Shown here piece after piece: positions 22,814 through 33,584 of a stretch of 64,000 bases of DNA. Where the stretch lies: the NCBI GenBank assembly GCA_048772705.1, contig JBLWGC010000217.1, positions 1-64,000 on the forward strand. The letters are read 5' to 3'. Made by a program: the position numbers and the translations under genes. Within the stretch, counting starts at the first letter, position 1. Each line of letters starts with the position of its first letter. The DNA comes from Leidyana gryllorum EB-2025a. Taxonomy: Eukaryota > Protista > Apicomplexa. Under the pieces are notes generated by a model. The model was not told the DNA's origin, did not search any database, and worked only from the letters and a program-made list of their open reading frames with translations.

Positions 22814-23166
22814 GACTAGCAGAGCCGTCAAATGGAAGTGTGTAGCGATCAAGAGAGGACGTGGGGAGCTACGCCCGATGGTGGGTCTGGGCAGACTTCA
22901 CCCACATCTCCCATTCGAGACATCGGGTACATACTATCCAAGCCAGGATTCGGGCCTGGGTATGCACGGCCCGATCGTGCGGGTGAGAGCCGCATATCCT
23001 AGCCACTTAGACTACAGTGGACAACTCCCTCAGCTGCAGCTTTCGCCGAGAGCCGTACCCTCTTGACAAGACGTGGTCTGTCGGGTGAACCTACAACAAA
23101 GGGGTTGCAGAATCCTGTTGTAGAAAGAGGAGGGTGTCTCTACCAACCTCTGAAACATTGTAGCTG

Positions 23167-23239
23167 GGTCTTGTAGCTCAGTTGGCAGAGCGTGTGGCTG
23201 TTAACCACAAAGTCGCAGGTTCGAGACCTGCCAGGACCG
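23167..23239 (+). tRNA. tRNA-Asn-GTT: tRNA-Asn(GTT)
   Basis: Intact cloverleaf. Confidence 0.92.
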
Positions 23240-24078
23240 TTTCAGAGGCACCCCAGACACTGACTGCCTCAGAGTGACTCCCGCCACGTGTAGCCATACG
23301 CACTTTGGACGACCTGGGCATCGATCCCAGTACCTCTCGCATGCTAAGCGAGCGCTCTACCATTTGAGCTAGTCGCCCATCCGCACTACATGGAAGACCT
23401 ATTGCATCCAGTGGCTGACCGACTGCCGACACAACGGCTGTCAAGAGTGGGATTCGAACCCACGCCGTTTCGGACTGCGGCCTGAACACAGCGCCTTGGA
23501 CCACTCGGCCATCTTGCCGAAATGTTGTTGGCTCGCCGCTCCACGCGTTTTCTATCCGTGGAATCTCAAAATAGAAGAACTTCTGGGGTTGGGGGCCAGC
23601 GTATCCAGAGCGTCCGAGATAGTATAGCGGTTAGTATTTCCGCCTATCACGCGGAAAACCAAGATCGATTCCCGGTCTCGGAGCACAGTTGGTTGCGCTT
23701 AGGATTGTTTCTTTCGGATCTCGCTGAAAGTTGCGAGCTACAGCCACCGAGGATCGGACTCGGGACCTTCTGCGTGTGAAGCAGACGTCGTGACCACTAG
23801 ACCATGGCTGCACGGAGCTTTCGGACTGTCAAAGGGGCGTGTGTCTTTGGAAACAGGTGTCTGATGAGGGGCGAAAACCACGGAATGCTATGAGGTCTGC
23901 ACAGCGGGCGGCTAGCTCAACAAGATATTATGCATCTGTGGTCTAGTGGTAGAATGTCTCGTTGCCATCGAGACGACCCGGGTTCGATTCCCGGCAGATG
24001 CAGAAGACACAGTTGGTTTTCCCACCATTCCAGGGATTCACGCTTGAGTTGGTGTCTGACCCCTCCGATCACATCGCA

Positions 24079-24161
24079 CGACAACTGCTGGATCTGCACC
24101 AGCCCGGCCCAGGCCCTGTAGAGATCAAATCTTCTCCCCTTAACCACTCGGCCACCTTGCC
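24079..24161 (-). pseudogene. Chimeric Ser(GCT)/Ser(NGA) tRNA pseudogene
   Basis: 5' end GGCAAGGTGGCC from Ser-GCT joined through shared CCGAGTGGTTAAGG to a decayed Ser-NGA 3' part. Confidence 0.75.
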
Positions 24162-25252
24162 GACGACATCTCTTACTCGCTGGCACTTTTTCACAACGGT
24201 TTGGGGTCCTAGTCAAGCTTGCTGAATCGTATGTGAAGCCACAGGGCGCAAGATGACAAGTCCGACAGGTGGCAACTTACCCGAGTGGTTAAGGGGTAGA
24301 CTAGAAATCTACTGGGCCTGGGCCGCGCTGGTGCAGATCCAGCAGTTGTTGTGCGATGTGATTGGAGGGGTCAGACACCAACTTATGCATGAATTCTATG
24401 GTGGACATGATGCTATTCCCAGCATCAAACCCTCATATGGATCGAGAAAGGGAATGCCTTCTTAGCTTAGGGGCAGAGCATTCGCTCAGTAAGCGAAAGG
24501 TCGCCGGTTTTGATTCGGGCAGAAGGCTCTGCCTACGAGCCAATCTATCCCACAACTATTCCCTTCTGCGCCCACTTAGCAGTGCGTCGTTTCGATCGAC
24601 GGACCTTTGGGTTATGAGCCAACACTCTTCCACTGAGCTACAGTGCTCAGTCTGCAACATGGAAACGGGAGCCGAAATGCAATTCTTGAGATGTTAATTG
24701 CCATAGTGCACGGAGCTTCCGGGCTTTAAAAGGGGAGTGTGTCTTCGGACATACGTATCCGATGAGCCCGTTGGTCGTCGCTTGACCCGACGCTCCACCT
24801 GATCCCAAGACGGTACGGCTCTCGGCCGAAGCCTCAACTCGAGCACTTGTCCACTGTAGTCTAAGTGGCTAGGATATGCGGCTTTCACCCGCACGATCCG
24901 GGTTCAAGTCCCGGCAGTGGAAGTCATTGAAGTACTCGAGCAAAGTGCTCCACTAATCTCCGTCAGTAGCCATCGTTTCGTTATCTCCAACTTACATTGC
25001 CTTCGAAGCTTAGGGGCAGAGCGTTCGCTTCGTAAGCGAGAAGGCGCCGGCTCGATTCCGGCAGAAGGCTTTGATGCATCGATAGACTTATAGAGAATGG
25101 CTGTCACCAGGTACAAGAGTCAACAGGATCGTGTTCTGCATCTGTGGTCTAGTGGAAGAGTCTCTCGCTGCCATCAAGATAACCCGTGTGCGATTCCCGA
25201 CAGATGCAAAACGATAGCATGATGAGTTTGTCGGCGATTTCGATTCCGACCC

Positions 25253-25325
25253 TGGGAGTGGAGAGGATCGAACTCTCGACTTCAGGATTATGAGACCTAC
25301 GCGCTACCGACTGCGCTACACTCCC
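25253..25325 (-). tRNA. tRNA-Met-CAT: Elongator tRNA-Met(CAT)
   Basis: Intact cloverleaf. Confidence 0.92.
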
Positions 25326-25758
25326 CCCCGACTGTCTCCGAAGAATCACCCGAACCCAGAACCATGCTGCCAGGCAGGTTGGGTCAAGATACAACAAAGC
25401 GGGCTGTTCTGGGAATCGAACCCAGCACTCCTTCCACCCTAAGGAAGGATCGTACCACTAGACCAAACAGCTGACTGGTCGGTGGTGCAATCCGCGGGTA
25501 GAGTCGAGAGAGTGGTCATGCTATGTTGACAACCGATAAATGCGATGGGGACTGCACGTCGGGCGACTGGCTCAGATGGTAGAGCGCTCGCTTAGCATGC
25601 GAAAGGTATGGGATCGATGTCGAGGTCGTCCAAACTTCGTACGGCTGCACCTGCCCCTATGTATTTACCGAGTTGAGAGCCTTTGATTGTGCCCTGTAGC
25701 CCTTGGATAGACTTTGGCATCGCAATACGGTCTAGGGTGCCTGAGACCGCGGACCTGC

Positions 25759-26048
25759 TGTTATATCCGCAGTCGGGCGTACGACGGAGGCGACAGTCTC
25801 GACAAGCGATATCGAGTCTTACCCTGAGCATGGCGAAGGTCTCAGGAGCGTAACCCTGAGATAGTCCCAAGTCCCAGTGTCCCATTGTCCCATTTGGCAA
25901 GTAACGGCACCCATGGAAAGGGACAGTTGGGACAGGCAAATATCAGCCGAGTTAGAATTTTTGGAGAACAGACAGATAGAGCTTACTTCCCGTTAACCCT
26001 TCCGGCTACACGCCATCGTTCTGGAGAGTGGGAGCACGGCAAATAACA
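25759..26048. mobile_element. 290-bp solo-LTR-like insertion in a decayed tRNA-Asn
   Basis: Starts TGTTATATCCG, ends CGGCAAATAACA (imperfect terminal inverted repeat, TG...CA); CCTGC duplicated at 25754-25758 and 26049-26053; absent from the homologous spacer at ~47470-47580. Confidence 0.82.
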
Positions 26049-26199
26049 CCTGCGACTTAGTATTTAACAATCACACGCTTAGCCACTGCGCTACAAGAGC
26101 CAGTTGAATATTTTGGAGGTTAGTAGAAAAACCCGTTTTGCATGTGTGGGGAAGCTCTAGTCCGGATGGCTCTATCAACTCTTTGAGAATGGCTAAATC

Positions 26200-26271
26200 G
26201 GTTGCGTGGTGTAGTGGTTAGCACTGGAGACTTTGAATCTCCCGACCTGGGTTCGATTCCCGGCGGGACCT
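26200..26271 (+). tRNA. tRNA-Gln-TTG: tRNA-Gln(TTG), hybrid acceptor stem
   Basis: 5' strand of CTG type (GGTTGCG) with 3' strand of TTG type (CGGGACC), giving a G5:G68 mismatch. Confidence 0.75.
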
Positions 26272-26599
26272 TGAAACTAGTCCTCACTACTTCGTGAAAC
26301 CTCCCCACTTGCTTTGGTCTACGGGACCTGCCGTGCAGCAATGGTCTAGTGGTTACGACGTCTGCTTCGCACGCAGAAAGTCTGAGGTGAATCCTCGGTG
26401 GCTGTAGCTCGCAACTTTCAGCGAGATCCGAAAGAAACAATCCTAAGCGCAACCAACTGTGCTCCGAGACCGGAAATCGATCTTGGTTTTCCGCGTGATA
26501 GGCGGAATACTAACCGCTATACTATCTCGGACGCTCTGGATACGCTAGCCCCCAACCCCAGAAGTTCTTCCATTTTGAGATTCCACGGATAGAAAACGC

Positions 26600-26649
26600 G
26601 TGGAGCGGCGAGCCAACAACATTTGTGGAGCGGCGAGCCAACAACATTT
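26600..26649 (+). repeat. 25-bp tandem duplication
   Basis: GTGGAGCGGCGAGCCAACAACATTT occurs twice. Confidence 0.85.
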
Positions 26650-26650
26650 C

Positions 26651-26730
26651 GGCAAGATGGCCGAGTGGTCCAAGGCGCTGTGTTCAGGCCGCAGTCCGAA
26701 AGGGCGTGGGTTCGAATCCCACTTTTGTCA
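26651..26730 (+). tRNA. tRNA-Leu-CAG: tRNA-Leu(CAG)
   Basis: Intact cloverleaf. Confidence 0.88.
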
Positions 26731-27119
26731 GGTTGCGCCCCAAACGGGAAAAACATAGAGTCCGGTTGAGCCCAGAGTGATTCGAACACCCAACCTTCTG
26801 ATCTGGAGTCAGACGCCCTACCGTTGCGCCATAGGCCCAAAACCATCCCCCGTTCCAGACTCATTTACCGGCAATCGGGCCCGCTTCTTAGGCGTAACAT
26901 GCGAAAATAGTAACCACTATGCTATGTTCCATTCGTTCAGAAAACGGCAGTTACCGTGTACGAGGTCCAACAACAAGGTGTCACGTATCTGTGGTCTAGT
27001 GGTAGAATGTCTCGTTGCCATCGAGACGACCCGGGTTCGATTCCCGGCAGATGCAGAGGACACATGTTGTTTTCCACCATTCAGAAATTCATGCATAAGT
27101 TGGTGTCTGACCCCTCCAA

Positions 27120-28031
27120 TCACATCGCACAACAACTGCTGGATCTGCACCAGCGCGGCCCAGGCCCAGTAGATTTCTAGTCTACCCCTTAACCACTCGG
27201 GCAAGTTGCCACCTGTCGGACTTGTCATCTTGCGCCCTGTGGCTTCACATACGATGTAGCAAGCTTGAGTCGGACTGCTCGCGCTGCCCGAAGCCGCGGT
27301 CTCCCCATTGAAAGTCTAGGGGTCTACCGACGGAGCTGGCGCGGCAAGGAAGCTCGGACTCAGTAACTAGTTTCTCCCGTATTGGTCGCAGAATGTTGGG
27401 GCTTCCTCGGGTCCAGGGCAACTCTTTATCAAAGATCCACTCACTTGGTCACGCCCGGGCTCAAACCGGGGACCTTGAGCTTATTAGGCTCACGCTCTAA
27501 CCGACTGAGCCACGCGACCACTTCTGCGACGACAGATGGCACCTATTCACTTACTTGATGCCTCTGCGTCGCCACTGCAATCTCTAGCATGCACTGCTGG
27601 TGTTTTGAGCCCAGCCGCCTACTCCGATGATCGCAGCACACGACAACTGCTGGATTTGAACCAGCGCGGGCCAGGCCCAGTAGATTTCTAGTCTACCCCC
27701 TTAACCACTCGGGCAAGTTGCCGCTGTCGAACTTGGCATTTTGCGGCCAGTGGCTTCACATACGGTTCAGCAAGCTTGACTAGGACTCTCCACCATTTAA
27801 AGTCTTGCGCTCTACCGACGGAGCTGGCGCGGCAGGGAAGCTCGGACTTGGTAACAAGTTCCTTTCGTATTAGTCGAAGAATGCTGTGGCTTCCTCGCGT
27901 CCGGGGCGACTCTTTAGCAGAGATCCCCTCACTTGGTCACGCCCGGGCTCGAACCGGGGACCTTGAGCTTATTAGGCTCACGCTCTAACCGACTGAGCTA
28001 CGCGACCACTTCTGCAACGACAGATGGCACC
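27120..28031 (+). repeat. Diverged ~0.5-kb tandem duplication of a Ser-Lys*-Ile unit
   Basis: Ser/Lys*/Ile at ~27130-27520 repeated at ~27641-28007. Confidence 0.78.
27934..28007 (-). tRNA. tRNA-Ile-AAT: tRNA-Ile(AAT)
   Basis: Intact cloverleaf. Confidence 0.93.
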
Positions 28032-28216
28032 GACCCGGATGCTGGATCCCCCAGAGCTGGAATCAAACATCAGAGCCATTTAGACACTGGCGGACAGCAC
28101 CCAATTTTCTAAGCAGGAGTCAGAAGCGCTACGTTCCGCCATAGGCCCAAAATCATCCCCCGCTCCAGACTCATTGCCTTGTGGTCCAACATCTCCGATC
28201 GTTCCAAACCATCTTC

Positions 28217-28288
28217 AGGGCACGCGCGGAGTTGAACCACGGACTTGCTGATCTGCAGTCAGCTGCTCTACCACTGAGCTACGTACCC
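28217..28288 (-). tRNA. tRNA-Cys-GCA: tRNA-Cys(GCA)
   Basis: Intact cloverleaf. Confidence 0.93.
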
Positions 28289-28599
28289 ACAAACTACCCG
28301 TCATACTCGCTCAACTCGATTCTGTCTTCTCTTCTGAAGCAAAACGGCCGGTATTGTGCACGAGCTTAAACAACAACGAGTTGTGCATCTGTGGTCTTGT
28401 GGTAGAATGTCTCGTTGCCATCGAGACGACCCGGGTTCGATTCCCGGCAGATGCAGAACCCAGGACTTCTTCCACCCGAAGGAAGAATCGTACCACTAGA
28501 CCAAACAGCCGCCTAGCCGGTGGTTCAACCCGCTGGGTACAGTCGAGAGACTCGTCTCACTATGTGAAGTATTACTCAATCCCATGAGGTGGGCACAGA

Positions 28600-28672
28600 G
28601 GGAGGCTAGCCCAGATGATGAAACGGTGGCTTAGTATAAGAAAGTTTTTGGGATCGATTCCCAGCCCATCCA
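28600..28672 (+). pseudogene. Deeply decayed tRNA-Ala
   Basis: GGGAGGCTAGCCCAGATG...GGGATCGATTCCCAGCCCATCCA; lies 89 bp from a divergent Pro, as intact Ala genes do. Confidence 0.75.
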
Positions 28673-28748
28673 AGCTACATAGATGGAACCCTCACCGGAG
28701 TAGTCTAGTTGGCCTATCAACGCTGTCTGTTGAAACCACATCGCTACT

Positions 28749-28828
28749 TCCGGTGGGACGGAATCGAACCGCCGACTATCTGATGCCAGCACTACAGTCA
28801 GATGCTCTACCAACTGAGCTACCCCCGG
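28749..28828 (-). tRNA. tRNA-Tyr-GTA: tRNA-Tyr(GTA) with 7-nt intron
   Basis: As 21271-21350. Confidence 0.88.
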
Positions 28829-29549
28829 CCGTCCAACTGCTCCGGGGTTCGAAAGGCTCAACCCCAGATCCTCGCCCTGTCGCACTGCGGTCTGAGCACA
28901 GCGTCTTAGACCACTCGGCCATCTTGCGGTGTTGTTGGCTCGCCGCTCCACGCGTTTTCTGTGCTTGGAATCTCATAATGGAAGAACTTTTGGGGTTGGA
29001 GGCCGGCGTGTTCAGAGCATTTGAGATAGTATAGTGGTTAGTATTTCCGCCTGTCACTCGGAAGACCCGGGTTCGATTCCCGGTCTCAGAGCAGTTCCAG
29101 CCCTCACAACTGGTGCAACTCAGATTTTGTCTCAGCTGGTCTGGACTTCATTCGGGATTGTACAAGTGGGAGCCGCGTATAGTTGCCGACCTTGGAGAGA
29201 CGTGGCATTGAGTCAACAACTATCACACGGGCTGTTCTGGGAACCGAACCCAGGACTTCTTCCACCCGAAGGAAGAATCATACCACTAGACCAAACAGCC
29301 GCCTGTCGGTCGTGCAAACCGCTGAGGACACTTGAGATAGTGGTCATACTATGTTCAGAACCAACAAATGCGGTGGGTGTGCACAAGTGGCGACGAGCTC
29401 AAATGGTAGAGCGCTCGCTTTGCATGCGAGAGGTACTGGGATTGATACCCAGGTCGTCCAAACTACATGCAACCTTGGGTGCAGAGAAACGCCTGGGGAG
29501 TGGTTCAAAACTGTGAGTGTTCTTCTTTCGATCCAATCGAGAAGCTCTT

Positions 29550-29622
29550 GCCTACGTGGCGCGATGGAAAGCGCGTTGGACTTCAAATCCAAAGGTTGCG
29601 AGTTCGCGTCTCGCCGTAGGTA
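29550..29622 (+). tRNA. Arg(TCT)-type tRNA with TCA anticodon (potential opal suppressor, or pseudogene)
   Basis: GCCTACG/CGTAGGT, GCGC/GCGC, TTGGA-CT-TCA-AA-TCCAA, GCGAG/CTCGC all paired; A14G and A58C changes. Confidence 0.75.
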
Positions 29623-30285
29623 GACAAATGATCAGCACTTTACTTCGATTATCTGGCTGACTCTAGCTGCCTTCGCTGTGGAATGTTGTCCACTGTAGTC
29701 TAAGTGGCTAGGATATGCGGCTTTCACCCGCACGATCCGGGTTCAAGTGCCGGGAGTGGAAGTTATTGGACTACTCGAGCAAAGTGCCACTAATCTCCGT
29801 CAATAGCGATTTCTTCGTTATCTCCGGCTCACATTGCCTTCGTAGCTTAGGGGCAAAGCATTCGCTTCGTAAGCGAGAAGTCGCCGGTTCGATTCCGGCA
29901 GAAGGCTTTGATGCATCGATGGGCTTATAAGGAATGGCTGTCATCACGTACAAGATTGAACAGGATGGTGTTCTGCATCTGTGGTCTAGTGGAAAACTCA
30001 CTCGCTGGCATCGAGATAACCCGTTTGCGATTCTCGACAGATGCAAGATGATAGCATGATGAGTTTGTCGGCGGTTCCGATTCCGACCCTGGGAGTGGAG
30101 AGGATCAAACTCTCGACTTCAGGATTATGAGACCTACGCGCTACCGACTGCGCTACACTCCCTAGTGAAACTTCTCTCGATGCATCTCCTCCTGTCAAAA
30201 GGGTGCACAGGGATGCTGTATCAAAGGCCCAAAACCATCCCCCGCTCCAGACTCATTACTTTGTGGTCAGGAATGGAGGTGTCAC

Positions 30286-30356
30286 GCATCTGTGGTCTAG
30301 TGGTAGAATGTCTCGTTGCCATCGAGACGACCCGGGTTCGATTCCCGGCAGATGCA
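30286..30356 (+). tRNA. tRNA-Gly-GCC: tRNA-Gly(GCC)
   Basis: Intact cloverleaf. Confidence 0.93.
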
Positions 30357-30506
30357 GAGGACACATGGTTGTTTTTCCACCATTCCAGAAATTCCGTCCC
30401 GCCGGGAGTTGAGGAGTGCACTTCTTACAACGTAGTTCGTCTGACACTCCTGTTCCATTCCATCCTGATCGATGCTTCGCCACCTCTACAGCCTCGCTCA
30501 AAGATT

Positions 30507-30578
30507 GTCCGAGTCGTCTAGTGGTTAGGACAGCACGTTGTGGCCGTGCAAACCCAGGCTCGATTCCTGGCTCGGACA
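30507..30578 (+). tRNA. tRNA-His-GTG: tRNA-His(GTG), C54
   Basis: GTCCGAG/CTCGGAC stem, GCACG-TT-GTG-GC-CGTGC, T-loop CTCGATT. Confidence 0.92.
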
Positions 30579-31242
30579 AGCAGTCTGAAGTGCATTGCTC
30601 TTCGCCCCGGTTGAAAACATTGTTGCAGCCGTCAAGTCTGTACGATCGACTGCACCTGGCGGGACTCGAACCCGGGCTGCGAGCATGGGAAGCTCGCATC
30701 CTACTGGACCACAAGTGCACTCGAGAAAGAGCTTCAGCACCCCGAGAGTCGGCCGCAGTCTGCGTTGAGCTAGTGGGTGCCTCAGGTACTGTCAGGTTCC
30801 AGTCTGTAAGAGACTTACCATCTGGTGGCTGAGCTACGAGGCTCAGCTAAGATGATTGGAGCTTGAGAGACTTAAGCTTTGCAGGTGCCCAGTCGATGCA
30901 GTCAAGCCGTCTGCCGGAATCGAACCGGCGACCTTTCGCTTACTAAGCGAATGCTCTGCCCCTAAGCTAAGAAGGCAATATTAGCTGGAAATCACGCATC
31001 AGTCACTATTGACGGAGGTTACTGGAGCACTTTGCTCGAATGGTCCAATGACTTGCACTGCCGGGACTTGAACCCGGATCGTGCGGGTGAAAGCCGCATA
31101 TCCTAGCCACTTAGACTACAGTGGACAACTCCCTCAGCTGCAGCTTTAGCCGAGAGCCGTACCCTCTTGACAAGACGTGGTTGCAGAATCCTGCGGTAGA
31201 AAAAGGAGGATCTCTATACTAACCTCTGAAGCATTGTAGCTG

Positions 31243-31315
31243 GGTCTTGTAGCTCAGTCGGCAGAGCGTGTGGCTGTTAACCACAAAGTCGCAGGTTCGA
31301 AACCTGCCAGGACTG
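31243..31315 (+). tRNA. tRNA-Asn-GTT: tRNA-Asn(GTT)
   Basis: Intact apart from G1:T72. Confidence 0.87.
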
Positions 31316-31430
31316 GTTTCAGAGGCACACTAAACACTGAGTGCGCTGCTCTCCCAATGGCCCTTGTGGTCTGCGACTCTTCAAAGATGTAAGTTTGTTT
31401 GGATCCCGCCACGTGCAGCCGTACGTACTT

Positions 31431-31503
31431 TGGACGACCTGGGTATCGATCCCAGTACCTCTCGCATGCGAAGCGAGCGCTCTACCATCTGAGCTAGCCG
31501 CCC
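31431..31503 (-). tRNA. tRNA-Ala-CGC: tRNA-Ala(CGC)
   Basis: Intact cloverleaf. Confidence 0.92.
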
Positions 31504-31563
31504 ATGCGCTCTACATGGAAGACCTATTGCGTCCAGTGGCTGACCGAGGGCCGATAAAACGGC

Positions 31564-31643
31564 TGACAAGAGTGGGATTCGAACCCAAGCCCTTTCGGAC
31601 TGCGGCCTTAACACAGCGCCTTGGACCACTCGGCCATCTTGCC
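31564..31643 (-). tRNA. tRNA-Leu-AAG: tRNA-Leu(AAG)
   Basis: CTGTG-TT-AAG-GC-CGCAG; one T-stem change. Confidence 0.82.
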
Positions 31644-31855
31644 GGAGTGTTCTTGGCTCGCCACTTTACACGTTTTCTGTTCGTGAAGTCTCGAGAAGGA
31701 AGGCTTTTCTCACGGCCCGGGGTGCTTAGATGGCAACCCATCTCATTGCAGTGGCATCAGCTATTCGACGGGTAAATGACGTAATTCGTCTGACGTTCCT
31801 GTTCCATTCCATCCGGATCGATGCTTCGCTACCTCTAAAGCCTCGCTCAAAGATT

Positions 31856-31927
31856 GTCCAAGTCGTCTAGTGGTTAGGACAGCACGTTGTGGCCGTGCAA
31901 TCCCAGGCTCGATTCCTGGCTCGGACA
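31856..31927 (+). tRNA. tRNA-His-GTG: tRNA-His(GTG), C54
   Basis: Copy of 30507-30578 with an acceptor mismatch. Confidence 0.8.
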
Positions 31928-32006
31928 TGCAGTCTAAAGTGCATTGCTCTTCGCCCCGAGATGTTGAAAATATCGTTGCAGCCATGGTCAAGTCTGTACG
32001 ATCGGC

Positions 32007-32077
32007 TGCACCTACCGGGACTCGAACCCGGGCTGCGAGCATGGGAAGCTCGCATCCTACCCTTGGACCACAAATGC
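32007..32077 (-). tRNA. tRNA-Gly-CCC: tRNA-Gly(CCC)
   Basis: CGAGC-TT-CCC-AT-GCTCG. Confidence 0.88.
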
Positions 32078-32210
32078 ACTTGAGAAAGAGCTTCAGCACC
32101 ATGAGACTCGGCCGCAGTCTGCGTTGAGCTAGTGGGTGAGAATTCATGCGTAAGTTGGTGTCTGACCCCTCCAATCATATCGCACGACAACTCCGACACT
32201 TGCCTCCTTA

Positions 32211-32291
32211 TGCGAGAAGTGGGGTTCGAACCCACGCGGAATTAACCAGTGGATCTTAAGGCCACCCCCTTAACCTCTCGGGCATTCTCGC
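32211..32291 (-). tRNA. tRNA-Leu-TAA: tRNA-Leu(TAA)
   Basis: GCGAGAA/TTCTCGC stem, loop CT-TAA-GA, variable arm. Confidence 0.85.
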
Positions 32292-32741
32292 AATGCAGCA
32301 TCGAAATAAGTAGTCTGGGGTTCCTGCGGGTAGCCAGTGCCGACCATGTGAGTGGGGTCTGAACACAGCGCCTTGCCCACTGGGGCATCTTGCCACATTC
32401 TGGTAGGCGCAAGTCTGCATGGGTGCGAATCCCATTCTGTGCAACGGTACTCATTCCAGGGCGGAATTGGCCATTACATCGTGGATCCCCCTAACATTCG
32501 GCTGTTCGGTCTAGTGGTATGATCCTTCCTTAGGGGGTGGAAGGAGTCCTGGGTTCGATTCCTAAAACAGCCTTTTTGCTAGCCGCTGACGAGGGTCTGG
32601 GAGAGTTGATACACGCATCCCCTGTCTCAAATATGATAACGAGTCCGCCTACCACGTCACTCGACAGCTGCTAGATTCGAACCAGTGGGGCCAGGCGATA
32701 CTGACGACTCAGGTGTTTAAGACAGTGAGGCTGTGGGTTGT

Positions 32742-32814
32742 GCGGTGGTGGCGCAATGGATAGCGTGTTGCCCTCCGGAGGCAAAGGTTGTGGGTTCGAA
32801 TCCCGCCCACCATT
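32742..32814 (+). tRNA. tRNA-Arg-CCG: tRNA-Arg(CCG)
   Basis: TTGCC-CT-CCG-GA-GGCAA; acceptor mismatch; second copy 59545-59617. Confidence 0.8.
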
Positions 32815-33511
32815 CTCGTAGTCCCGCTCAACCGTGGAATCGAGAAGAGTGGCTGCCATTCGGAGCCGTGCAGACTTGCGCCATCCAAACTCAAGTTTGG
32901 CACCGCAGGCCACCGCGATCTGTGCCGCAGTGTTGAGCTTGAGGGCTCGAAGTGCCACTGTTGAGGAACCGAGGCTGGAAAAGTTCACTTGGGTTTAGCG
33001 GATAGGCGGCTATCCCAAGTGCCAGAGAGGTGACTTTGCAGGCCAAATGTGCGGGGGTCGATACCAGGTCGGGGAGCTCTCGAAAAAAGACGCCTGTGAA
33101 TCATTTCTATAAGTGTGTCCCCCTGCGGGCGCTCACCAGTGCGTCGTTTCGATCGACGGAACTTTGGGTCATGAGCCCAACACTCTCCTCGTGTCTCTCT
33201 GAGTGCTACAGCCTCTGTCGATCTTTCGACTGCACTTGTGGTCTGACGGCAAAATGCGACCGTGCTGAAGGTCGTAACGCGGACTGAGTTCCCGCAGGTG
33301 CAGCCGTATGCAAGTCGGACGACCTGTCTATCGATCTCATCTGGCATGTCAATGAGCACTCTACTCTTTGAGCTAGCGGTCTCCAGCTTAGAAGAGCTAT
33401 TGCATGCCCTGCTTGATGAGTGGACGATTGCCCGTTGAGAATCTGCGGAACGCTGCTGGCAAGCTCGGGTCGCACGGCTGTGAGGGATGACACCAAATGT
33501 CACAACCTCTC

Positions 33512-33584
33512 TGCCTCGGCCGTGGATCGAACACGGGACTTCCAGATCTTCAGTCTGGCGCTCTCCCAACTGAGCTACCGAGGC
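33512..33584 (-). tRNA. tRNA-Phe-GAA: tRNA-Phe(GAA)
   Basis: Intact cloverleaf. Confidence 0.93.

Larger units (their letters stand above)
21830..22970 (+). repeat. ~1.1-kb block, direct repeat of ~38920-40140
   Basis: Arg*-Glu-Thr-Asn-Gly*-Ala-Pro-Arg-His* in the same order with shared spacers. Confidence 0.83.
28456..29316 (+). repeat. ~0.85-kb block, direct repeat of ~46402-47252
   Basis: Pro-Ala*-Tyr-Leu*-Asp*-Glu*-Pro with shared private variants. Confidence 0.85.

Noticed and set aside
29550-29622. Selenocysteine tRNA call for the TCA-anticodon gene
   Set aside because: It is 73 nt with a 5-nt variable loop and a 7/5 fold; tRNA-Sec needs a long variable arm, 9/4 fold and extended D-stem.
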